Assembly: GCF_963921235.1 (NCBI RefSeq)
Contig: NC_086097.1
Coordinates: forward strand, 89,220,001 to 89,284,000
From: Mobula hypostoma
Taxonomy: Eukaryota
Direction of reading: 5' to 3'
Length of the DNA: 64,000 nucleotides
Part shown: piece by piece, positions 51,039 through 62,440 of the stretch
How the letters are laid out: each line of letters starts with the position of its first letter
Numbering within the stretch: position 1 is the stretch's first letter
The notes under the pieces: model-generated
Told to the model about the DNA's origin: nothing
Databases searched by the model: none
What the model saw: only the letters and a program-made list of their open reading frames with translations
Translations under genes and position numbers: made by a program

Positions 51039-51105
51039 CAGGGGTTCCCAACCTATGTTATGCCATGGAGCCTTACCGTTAACCAAGGGGTCCGCAGGAA
51101 CCCTG
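51039..51105. mobile_element. Tiny hAT MITE, same family as 50491-50569
   Basis: caggggttcccaacc...ttaaccaaggggtcc...ggaaccctg; TSD cttcatag / ctttatag. Confidence 0.78.
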
Positions 51106-53404
51106 CTTTATAGCCACGTTCTGCATTCTCGCTCAATTGAAACAATATTCTTCCATTCTATTCTTCGTACCAGAAGGGATAACCTCACATTTTCACATAT
51201 TACCCTCAATCTGGACTCTGCATACACTCCTTGCTGCCCAGCAAAGCAGCTGGCATAATCAAAAACTCCATTCACTCTGGACATCATCTCTTCTCTCCCT
51301 CCTATTAAGCAGAAAGTACAGAATCCTGAAAGCATGTACCACCGAGCTCAAGGACATTCAATGTCATCACGTCCTTACACCATATGGTCTGTCTGCACTG
51401 CATTTTTTCTCTGTTACTGCAACACGTTATTCTGAATTCTGTTATTGTTTTACCTTGTATACTTCAATGTAATGATGTGTTATAATGTTCTGTTTGGATA
51501 CCATGCAAAACAAAATCTTTCACTGTACCTTGGTACATGTGACAATAATAAACCAATTTGCAAAGTTTAAATCCACTGATTTGGAGTGCAGGCTTTCAAA
51601 GGAATATAATGAAAGGCAGATGGCATGCTATATAATTTTGGTTAAGCACTGATTAAATACTGTATATTGTACCTATTTCTATATTGTAGGAAATAATACA
51701 ATGTATTATGGGTATAGTTAACCAGAGTAATGGATAACATTAACTAGTCATCTAACCAAGTTGGAATCCTTTCAATAAAGAGGATGAGCCAATTAGAATA
51801 TTAAAATACAGAAGTGTTTCCTTGCGATATTTTCATTTTTGAAAATGGCAATTGCTGGAAATGACACCAGATTGGGCAGCATCTGTGGAAAGAAAAAAGA
51901 GAGTTAATGTCTCAGCTCGACACCTTTTCCTTCTTTAATGGCTGAAGTCATAAGTTTAAGATCCAATGTATTTATGAATGTATATATGGACTCCTATCTT
52001 TATACACAAGGTCCAAAATAGATATTATGTTTATGCATAGATTATATATTTCTCTAAGAAGTAGACGAGAACAGGGAATGGCACCATTTGTAGAGGTCAA
52101 CATGGGTAGCAGAGATGGATTTAAGGATATGGTCAAATATATAAAGGACAATGAGATCTACTATTAGTGTCAAATAAAGTTGGGTGAATGGAAGCTCTTA
52201 TGGAGCATATTAAACAGCTGGACAGAATGACCTGATCGTGTGCTCCAAAATGTATTCATTTCTCTGCCAGTCCCATGATGTCCTTTGAAAATAATGCAAA
52301 AGGAATCAGAGGATGGTTCCAAGTAATGGGGGTGGTGCAGTTCTCTAGTTTAATAGTGTTTGTTTTGGAAATATCTTCCGTGTGCCAAAGTTTGAGATAT
52401 TGACTCCGTTTCTGGAGGTCGGGTGATGCACTTGGTGGGTCCGTTTACACCGCTGAGACCAACACTTATGAAAGTCTTCTCTGTCTGCTGGCTGTAGCAA
52501 ACTGCACAAAGTACCTCTGGGGATGCCTCGACCCAAGGACTATGCGTCCATGGCATTAAACCAGCCATAAATCCAGCATTGCTGGAGGCTAATTTATTTC
52601 TCCAAGGGCCTCGAGTGGCATTGTTATGACAAAGGATAGATGTTAGCTTTGTGTTGTAAAAGTGTTGAGGGAGATGGTCTTTGGAGCTGGGGCTTCTTAT
52701 TGGTTCAGTGTAAATGGAGCCTTAAACCTGAGTCTAATTTTAATATAAAGTTATAGGTGGGATAATATCATTAGTGCATAAGACACAGGAACAAAATCAG
52801 GCTTTTTGACCCGTTGAGTCTTATCTGCTATTCAATCATGGCTGATATTTTTTTCAACCCCATTCTCCTGCCTTCTGCCCACAACCTTTGGCACTCTTAC
52901 TAATAATGAATCTATCAACTTCTGCTTTAAGTGTATCCAATGACTTTGCCTCCACAGTCATCTGTGGCAGTTAATTACACAGATTCACCACTTTATTCGC
53001 CTCTGTTCTTTAGGGACATCTTTTATTCTGATGTTGTGTCCTCTTGTCCTAGACTCTCTCACTAATGGAAACATTCTCTCCGCAGCCACACTATCCAGTC
53101 CCTTCAATATTTGGTAGGCTTCAGTGAGATCCCCCGTTATCATTCTGAATCTAGAATGATGGTGGGGAATCCCATTGAAACCTATTCTATATCTAGAAGG
53201 AAATTGTAAACTTTGAAGCTTTGGCATCTGAAAGTCCACTAGAGGAGGGCATACAAGGTGTGTAAGGGAGAACCAGAGATGGAGGACTATGGAGAGCTCG
53301 TAGAACTAAACTTCAAAAACAGAAGTTGGGAAGGGAAGGCTCTGGGTTTGTCTATCGTGAAGAATGATCATAGGAGATGCTCAAATTTAGCATCCTCTCC
53401 ATGG

Positions 53405-54015
53405 CAAAAAGTGGTATTTCCCGGTGGCCAGCCATTTTAATTCCTATCCCTGTTCCCATTCTGACATTTTGGTCCATGGCCTCCTCTTTTGCCTGATGTG
53501 GTCACTCTCAGGTTGGAGGAGCAATATCTCATATTCTCTCTAGATGGCCACTAACTTGATGGTGTGAACATTGATTTCTCCTGGTAATTTTTCTTCTCTT
53601 TCTCTTTCCCTCTTTTTCTGTTCCCCATTCTGGCTTCTTATCTCTTCTCCTCACCTCCCTTGGTGCCCCTTCTCCTTTTCTTCCTCCTATGGTCCATTCT
53701 ACTCCCATATCAGATTCCTTTGCCTCTTCCAACTATCGTATCCCAGCTTCTACTTCATCCCCTCTTACATCCCCAACCTGTCTGGCTTCACCTATCAACT
53801 TCTAGCTTGTCCTCCTATCCCTTCCCCTCCTCCTCCCCCTCCCTGACCTCCTTATTCTTGCATCTTCCCCCTTTCTTTCCAGGTTGATGAAGGGTCTCAG
53901 CCAGAAACGCCAATTGCTGATTCACTTCCGCAGATGCTGCCTGGCCTGCTGAGTTCCTCTAGCATTTTGTGTGTGTTTCTCTGGATTTCCATCATCTGCA
54001 GAATCTCTTGTGTTT
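53405..54015 (+). mobile_element. Penelope-like element 3' fragment
   Basis: gtggccagccattttaattcc...cactctcaggttggaggagcaa (VASHFNS...LRLEEQ) followed by the PLE tail. Confidence 0.75.
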
Positions 54016-55921
54016 ATGACAATTACTCAGATTTCTTGACAAAAAAAAATCTATCTCTCTTTGATTAGGCTTCTCATGGCTCTGTGGGGTGGAGAACTCT
54101 GATGATTCACTCCCCCTGGAGCTTCCATTTAACTTGGTGCCTCATGCCTGATCCATTTTCCAAAACCTATGGCACCTGATTTCAAATTCCAGCTTGGCAT
54201 TTTGGACTTTGCTGGAAGAAACTAGCAGGTAACTGTGAACTTCTTAAAATCTCAATGCTGAATTTTAAAGGGTGGATCACTGATAGTATTTACAGAGGAA
54301 GCTGATAAAATGATAAAGCATTGGGGCCTATGTAATATCGACATAAGAAGAGAAGTTGATTCCTGGGACAGATCAGCCATGATCACATTGGGGCAGAATT
54401 GAGGAGCTGGATGGCCTACTATGGCTCCTATTCTCCTGTGCTTTTGTATTAAGCTAAGCAGACTGTTGTTAAAAACATCCAACTTTTCAAAAATATCCTT
54501 CAGGGAAGCTAGTCTGACCTGAGCCATGACAACATGACTAACTGAAGTTTAACTTCAGCTTCAGAAATGGGCTAGTCCCTTTGTTGAAAGGTAATTATAT
54601 TCTGCCCTATTCAAAGCAAAAAAAACAACTCCCTTTCAAACTCTCAAGGCATGTTATGATGAGGTCACCTTTCATTCTTCCACACCCTTCTTTTTCTGTC
54701 ATTACTGGGATAGATAATGTAGAAAGTGAGAATATTTTTCCCTTTGTGGGCATGTCTAAAACAAGATGACATTGGTATGAAACAAGAGATAGAATGTTTT
54801 AAGGAGATCTGCAAACATTCAGATCTCATTTTGCATCCACACATTGGTGTTGTCAATCTGTCCAGCGGTTCACTAACCAATCTTTGTTTATGTATAGTTT
54901 TTCCATAAATTCTATTGTTTTCTTTATTTTCCTATAAACTTCATCTCCATGCCTTGTGGAATCTGGAATATGCTACCCGAGGAGATGATGGAGGCAGGTA
55001 GTCTCACAACTCTTAAGAAGCATATAGACAAGCACTTGAATCACAAAGGCCCAGAGGGCTATGAAACTGAGGCTGCTAAACAGGACTTCGATAGTTAAGT
55101 ATGGTGGCCAGTATGAACATGGTGGGCAGAATGGCTTGCTTCTGTGTTGTATGGCTCTATGACATTGTTGTAAATACAAGCTGGATCCTGGAAGGTTCCA
55201 ACAATGAACAACTCAAAGGCAAAGTAAATTTATTATCAAAGTATGCATGTGTCACCATGTACTACCTTGCCATCCATTTTCTTGTGGGCATTGCTAGGAA
55301 CTTTCTGGCCAGTGGTGTAGTGGCATTGCCAGGAAGTTTCTGGCCAGTGGTGGGGTGGCATTCGCACCAGACTCCGAGCTGTGTGGTCTCAGGTTCAGAG
55401 CTGTCTGGCTGCTTGCACTCTTTCCATCCGTGTGGGATTGAGCTTGTGTCTGGGCTTCGTGAAAAAAAACAGACAATTGCTAAAGAAATGGCAAAGTTGC
55501 CACCTAGTGTGCCACAGGGCCCGGAGAGGAACTCAAATTTACAGGAAAATAAAGAAAACAATAGTATTTATTGAAAAACAACACACAAACAAAGATTGGC
55601 CAGTGAATTGCTGGACAGATTGACACCACCAACGTGTTGATGCAAAATGAGTTGTGCATGTTTGGTTAGATATACGGAGAGAGATTTTCTCTGTACCTTA
55701 CCCCAGTCTGGCTCTGGGCTATTGATGGGATTATAGACAAATAGCTCAACTCCATGATATAATCTGTCCTTAAATTAATTTCCAGTTTCAAACCCAACCC
55801 CTCTTTAATATCTATGCTGGCTTGTCATTCCATTTTAGGGGATCAGGAGTACAGGCTGCGATATTCCTAGTTGGTTATATTACAGTTTCACCCAAAAGAA
55901 TATAATGATGTGGTGGGCCAA

Positions 55922-56775
55922 TCACAAACAAGAGAAAATCTGCAGACTCTGGAAATCACACACAAAATACTAGAGGAACTCAGCAGGCCAGGCAGCATCT
56001 ATGGTAAAGAGTACAGTTGACGTTTCGGGCTGAGACCCTTCCTCAGGACTGGGGAAAACAAGTCAGAGTAAGAAAATGAAGGGAGGGAGGAAGAAGCACA
56101 AGGTGATAGAAATTGGGAGGTGGGACGTGGTGAAGCAAGAGCTGGGAAGTAGATTGGTGAAAGAGATACAGGGCTGGAGAAGGGGCGATAGACAGACAAG
56201 GAGATAGGGAGAGAGGGAAATGGGAATGGGGAATGGTGAAGGGGGGTGCATCACCGGAAGCTCGAGAAATCAATGTTCATGCCATCAGGTTGGAGGCTAC
56301 CTAGTTGGAATAAAAGGAATATAATACCTTATATTCTGTCTGGGTAGCCCCCAACCCGATGGGAATGAACATCGGTTTCTTGAACTTCCGGTAATGCCCC
56401 TCCCCCGCTTCACCATTGCCCATTCTCATTTCCCGCTCCCACCTTATCTCCTTACCTGCCCATCACCTCCCTCTGGTGCTCCTCCCCCTTTTCGTTCTTC
56501 CCTGGCCTTCTGTCCTCTCCTATCAGATTCCCCATTCTCCAGCCTTGTATTTTTTTCACCAATCGACTTCCCAGCTCATTATTTCACCCCGCCACCCCTC
56601 CTGGTTTCACCTATCACCTTGTGATTTTTCCTCCTTTTCCTCCCCTCATTTTCTTACTCTGACTCCTTATCCTTTTTCCTCCAGTCCTGATGAAGGGTCT
56701 TGGCCTGAACCGTCAACTGTGCTCATTTCCACGGATGCTGTCTGGCCTGCTGAGTTCCTCCAGCATATTTTGTGT
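55922..56775. mobile_element. Inverted pair of Penelope-like 3' fragments (55922-56310 minus, 56330-56775 plus)
   Basis: Mutually reverse-complementary arms, each ending in a hammerhead-like motif (56014-56051 minus; 56682-56719 plus). Confidence 0.8.
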
Positions 56776-57317
56776 TTTGATGCAGAGGGATTGTGTAATT
56801 CATTTTGGCCATTATACATATCCCTTGTTATTTAACTTCCAGCTGCTTTTACATCTGCGCCATGGAAGAAGTGTTAGTGTCTGGTGATCTTGAGCTGTTG
56901 TTTTGCTGCTGTCCCTCAAAACCTAGTTCGCATTTGTAACAAGTTCTTTCCTCCAGGTTGTTTCCCACAGGGTGGGTTGTGTGAATGTAGGTCTAGCACA
57001 GCTAAGATATGTCCTTCCATGGAGCATTCTAAGTGGCGGCAGGGCTGGTGGGCACCTGCCAGAGATGATGTATTCAAAGTTAGGTAAAATTTGCATGTAT
57101 GTGGTTCACCTTCATATACCCAGCACATCTGGAGCGCCTGATAGGTATTTGCATTCTTGAAGTAAACATAGCTGCAGGAAAAAGTGTTACCAGTGCACAC
57201 TCATTACACTTCACATCCAACAGTACGATCAGTTATGCAAGGGATTCTGCAGGTGCCAGAAATCTTGAGCAACACAGAGTTACAAAATACACGTGGACTA
57301 AGATGTTAACTGTTCTG

Positions 57318-57882
57318 TGCTATCACCAGTGAGATCATCAGTTGATCTGCCACCTGTCTTCAGGAGTTTCGGCCCGCTTATGATCAAGACTCCCTCGAGG
57401 TGGTGGGCCAGCAGTGCTAAAGCACAACCTCCCACTGGTGAGCTTAAAAACTTGGCATCTGCCTCTATCAGAGTTGTTGGTCACTTCCATCCAACAGATA
57501 GTCTGCTCTTCAGGTGTCTATGCAACTACTGAAGGGTTTGCAAGACTATATCTGCCCCCTGGACATACTTGGTCCACACCCATGCTGATCCTTTCTCTGC
57601 TGCCTCAGCTACAGCCCTGCTGGTTGACTTGATCTCTCTTCTAGTGAAGCCAAGGTCATGCAGCCACTTCTGGAAAGTGAACGCAATAAACCCACGGCAG
57701 CCTACTTCGAATGGATAGCATGAGACTTTCCACCCTCTGTCTCTGCACTCTGATCTTAATTCTGCATACCTGGTTAACTTGCACTCATAGGCTTCATTGA
57801 TGTTGTCTTCCCAGGGGACTGTGAGTTCACCAATAACCACTTCTCTACTGGTGTCAGACCGTACGATTATATCTGGATGCAA
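57318..57882 (-). mobile_element. 3' end of an RLE-type non-LTR retrotransposon (HERO/NeSL-like): restriction-like endonuclease and 3'UTR
   Basis: LHPDIIV...ELTVPWE...EAYECKLTRYAEL...C...GW...FEVGCRGF...AEKGSAWVW, the PD-(D/E)xK RLE signature seen in HERO-type elements. Confidence 0.8.
57326..57393 (-). ncRNA. Candidate hammerhead ribozyme with permuted strand order in the retrotransposon 3'UTR
   Basis: GGAG-UC-UUGAUC ... GAAA-CUCC ... GAUCAA-CUGAUGA; stems I and III pair perfectly, stem II is weak in this copy. Confidence 0.45.
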
Positions 57883-60554
57883 TTGGGCAACACACACAAA
57901 ATGCTGGAGGAACTCAGCAAGACAGGCAACATCCATGGAAGTGAATAAACCGTTGAAGTTTCAGGCCAAGACCCTTCATTAGGACTGGAAAGTTAATCCA
58001 TATTTATTGAAGCTGAACAAGGGATAGGTATTGTCAAACACACTACAATCCTGGTGCGTTATATTCTGTTCATCTGAAAAGGAACCGAGTCTAATGTCTC
58101 ATTTAATGCAAAGCATCTCCAACAAAGCCTGCCCTTGTCCAAACACATTAATGCCTCAGCCAAAAAAAGGCTTAGCAGTGCCTCTACTTCCCCAGGAGGC
58201 AAAAAAATTTGGCATGTTTCCTTTGGCCCTCACCAATTTTCATTGATTACCATAGAAAGCAATCTATTCAGCCGCTCTACTCATGCCTGCAAGAAACTGC
58301 AGCTCATCACGTCATGTTACCCAGCCTCCCGTCCATGGACTCTGCCTACATTTCTCATTGTTGTGGTAAAACAGCCAGCGTCCATCCTGGACATTTTCTC
58401 TTCTCCCCTCTCTCATCAGGCAGAAGAAAAAACGCTGAAAGCACGTGCTACCACACCAGGCTGTTATAAGACTACTGAGTGCTTCCCTAATATGATGAGA
58501 TGGACTCTAGATCTCACAATCTAACTCAGTGTGATCCTGCACCTTATTGTCTTCCTGTACTGCAGCTCTTCTTTAACTTTAACACTTCAGTCTGCACTCT
58601 ATTATTGATTTTCTTTTGTACCACCTCAATGCACTTCTGTAATGAACTGCTCTGCAAGAACGCCTTGCAAGACAAGTTTTTCATTATACCTCTTGATGTG
58701 ACACTAATAAACCAATTTTCCAAGAACTATTTCCACCATGGTCCTGATAGTGTTAACCCAAATTTCTTGCTCAACTCCCTTGAGTGAGACTTGAACCATT
58801 GACATGCTGATGCAGAGTGGTGTCCATTGAGTCAAGGCTGACACCAAGTGATCCGGTGAGCAGAAACAGCTGGGTTGGCAATGTTAAAGCAATAAGAATA
58901 TAGTATTTTCAATATGACAACTTGAGTGGAGAATACTCCTTCCAGATGTTCCACTCCAGCTATCCAAGGCCTTTGCTAACAGTTGCATTGCACTTCTGGA
59001 ACGTGCCTTTTGCAAGTCACTCATACCAGATGCTGCCTTGCTTGTCTAAGCATGACACAATTGCCAAATGTTTTTGGGCTGTGCGCATCAATTATTTGGG
59101 GTGAAATCATTTACAGTGTTTCTTATCACATAGCTCCTTGTTGCAGTGCCTTACTCAGCACCTGAACTCTTCCATCATCCCCTTGCCACCTTTGAGTCAC
59201 TCTGGTGCTCTGCTGGCTGTTTATCCCGCCTTGCATCCTCGGTAAGATGTTCATTCACAACTGCGTCCCGTATCCACTTCATCCAATAACTTGAATGAAC
59301 TCTGTTGCAATGCCTGGGGATCCAAATGGCCCTTACAACTGATGCTGTTGCTATTTCCCAGCTACAAGATAATCCTGGGGTAAGGAGAGGAATTTTAAAG
59401 CACACAACAAAAAAACTCTGTCAAAATGTCTTTTTTTTGAGAGCCTATGTTCTCACATTAGTGTTTCCCTTCCCATCTCCTCCTCTGCTTCCTCTCCGTG
59501 TTCCACTTCTATGTTCTGCCCATCTCTTCCAATATCCTCTACTTTCCTTCATTGTGTGTCCCCTCACAACGTTCTCCGACAAAGCCCAATCCTTGAATAT
59601 TTAGAATTCTCCCTTCCCTTGCGTGTTGGATCCCACCTGCCTCTTTGTGCATGCTTGGCTCACGTGGAAGTGACTTTCTGTACTTCGGGCAGTTTTCTGA
59701 GCTCTCTTCATCCTCGTCCTTCCCCAGAGGTAAGCAGGTCAGAGCTCCCATCACTCCCACCCTCCATTGCTTTACCAAAGTGTATTTGTTTCATTGGAAA
59801 TATTTTTAATTTTTTCCTGCCCTCATTTATTGTGTTCATGTGGAATAGGATCGGGGTGCAGTGAACACTTAGCATAGTTTTACCTTTTGTAGCCACTGTA
59901 ATCACTCCTGATCACTCAGCTGCATTCCGATCTCTGCAGGAAGGCATACCGTAGGCTTACTTTAGATTCCATGAAGGAGAAAAAAAAACTTGTATTTCTG
60001 TGGCCTCTTTAGGAACTTTGCTCAGCTCTTGAAGGCCAATAAAGTATTTTTAAAAATAGATTGGTTGCTATAATGTAGAAACAGCAGCTAAATTGCCAAC
60101 AGATACAAACAGCAGTGCAACGATCAGGTACTCTGTTTTTGTCATTTTGTTTGTGGAATAAATATTGGGCAAGATGGTAAAGAACCGCTGTCCCCTACTC
60201 TACAGAGAGACCTGTGTGTTTCTTTATGCCCACCTATTGCCTCAGCTGAACGATGTCACCTTCCAATTGTGTACCACCCCACCAAGTCTCTAGTGTGGAG
60301 CTTCAACTTGGGATGTCTTCAACTGGGGGACATTTTGTCCAGAAAATTTTTTTTAAAACTGCCAGCTGTTAGAAATCTGAAATGAAAATCTGAAATAAAA
60401 TGCTGGAAACACTCAGTAGGCCGGGCGGCATTTGTGAAGAGAAAGGTGAAAGGTGGAGATAATGTGATAGGATGTTGAGCCCTCATCCACAACAGAACCA
60501 CGATGACCTACTGGGACAATGCCTCTCATTCTGTTTCCCTTCTTGCTGGGCAAG

Positions 60555-60613
60555 ATTTTCTTTGCACCCTGTGCCTCTACCATGAAGCTCTTCCGTCGGA
60601 ACGCTAAGATTCG
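60555..60613 (+). CDS. Possible first coding exon of the downstream gene (ATG at 60582, MKLFRRNAKIR...)
   Basis: Pyrimidine-rich acceptor ...ggcaag, accATG Kozak context, local CpG retention, donor TCG/gtatgt; the protein is not recognised. Confidence 0.35.
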
Positions 60614-60889
60614 GTATGTTGCAAGGATCAGTGTTAGTATATTTGTAATTGTGCCAGCACACGCAATTGGTAATTGGCTTTTCATGTCACACTTACTGTG
60701 ATACAGTGAAAAAGTTCTGTCTGCTTCCATCCAGACAGATCATTCCATCGTGGTTGTGCAAAAGGGGCAAAACAGAATGCTGACTGTATTTAAAAATGCA
60801 AACACGAGGAAATCACCAGCAACTTTGATGTGTGTTGCAGACTCAGAAGAGTAGCAGTGCAGGTAGAAAGTAAAGTGTAAGGGTCATGA

Positions 60890-62440
60890 CTATAAGGCAT
60901 AGGAGCAGAATTTTGGCCATTCAGCCCATTAAGTCTGCTTTGACATTCAATCATAGCTGATTTATTATTCCATCTCAAACTCATCCTGCTGCTTTTTTAT
61001 CGTAACCTTTGACATTCTTAGTAATTAAGAACCCATCAACCTCTGTTTAAATGTACCCAGTGACTTGACTTTCACTTGGTCTGTGGCAATGAGTTCCACA
61101 GATTCACCCCCTCTGGCTAAAGAAATTTCTCTTCATCTCTGTTCCAAAGGGGCATCCTTGTATTCTGAGGCCGTGCCCTCTGGTCCTCGGTTCTCTGTGC
61201 ACTGGAAAGATCCTCTCCATGTCTGCACTATCCACGCCTTTCAATATTCTAGACATCGATTCAGTGGATGCTGGATATCTTGAGCAAAACACACATTGCT
61301 GGAGGAACTCAGCAAGACAGGCAGCGTTTATGGAGGGAATTAAACAGTCGATTTTTCAGGCTGAGACTCCTCATCAGGACTGGAAAAGAAGGGGGCAGAA
61401 TCCATAATGAGAAAGTAGGGGGAGAGGGAGTAATACAAGCTGGCAGGTAATAACTAAGGCCAGGTGAGGGAGATGAAGTAAGAAGCCTAGAGATGATAGG
61501 TGGAAGAGGTAAAGGGCTGAAAAAGGAAGAATTTATTAAGAGAGGACAATGGACCATGGATATTTCAGTATTCTGTAGTTTTCAATGAAATGACCCTCAT
61601 CATTCCAAATTCCAGCAAGTGCAGATACAGAACCATCAAACAGTCCTCGTACATTAACCCTTTCATTCCCGGGATCATTCTCATGAACCTCATCTGGACC
61701 CTCTCCAATGCTAGCAAGTCCTTTCTCAGATAGGGGCCCAAAACCGCTCACAATACTCCAAGTGCAGTCTAACCAATGTCTTATAAAGCCTCAGCATCAC
61801 ATCCTTGTCCTTGTATTCTAGTCTTTGCAAATTGAATGCCAGCATTGTATTTGCCCCCCCCACCACCAACACGACGTGCAAGTTAACCTTTAGAGTGTCC
61901 TGCACGAGGACACACAAGTCCCCTTGCACCTTTGATTTCTGAATTAGCTCCTTGTCTAGAAAATAGTCTAGCCTTTATTCCACTACCAAAGTGCATGACC
62001 ATACACTTCCCTCCACTGTGTTCCAACTTCTGCTTCTTTGCCAATTCACTTAATCCTTGTGCAGACTCTCTACTTCCTCAACATTACCTACCCCTCCACC
62101 TACCTTTGTATCATCTTCAAACCTGGTCACAAGGTCATTAATTTTATCATCGTGAACATTTACATGCAGTATTGGTCCCTGGCAGCTCACCAGGAAAGGT
62201 CAACTTTATTCCCGCTATTTGGCTTCTACCAATGCTAGTACCTTTCCTGTAATACCAAGGGCTCCTATTTTGTTAAGCTGCCTCATGTGAGGCACCTTGT
62301 CAAAGATGTTCTGAAAATCCAAGTAAACAACATCCACCAATCCTCCTTTGTCTATCCCGCTTGTTATTTCTTCAAAGAATTCTCAACAGATTTGCGAGGC
62401 AAGATTAAACCATGCTGACCTCAGCCTGTATTATCATGTG
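60890..62440 (-). mobile_element. Degraded CR1 3' portion interrupted by a PLE fragment (~61265-61560)
   Basis: LYKTLVRLHLEYCERFWAP and TRGHGLRI...KRNFFSQR remnants; PLE tail with hammerhead-like motif at 61345-61382. Confidence 0.75.

Noticed and set aside
52350..52568. 72-aa minus-strand ORF as an exon
   Set aside because: No recognisable domain or convincing splice sites.
55287..55362. 35-bp tandem duplication
   Set aside because: A local duplication at a SINE insertion junction; no further structure.
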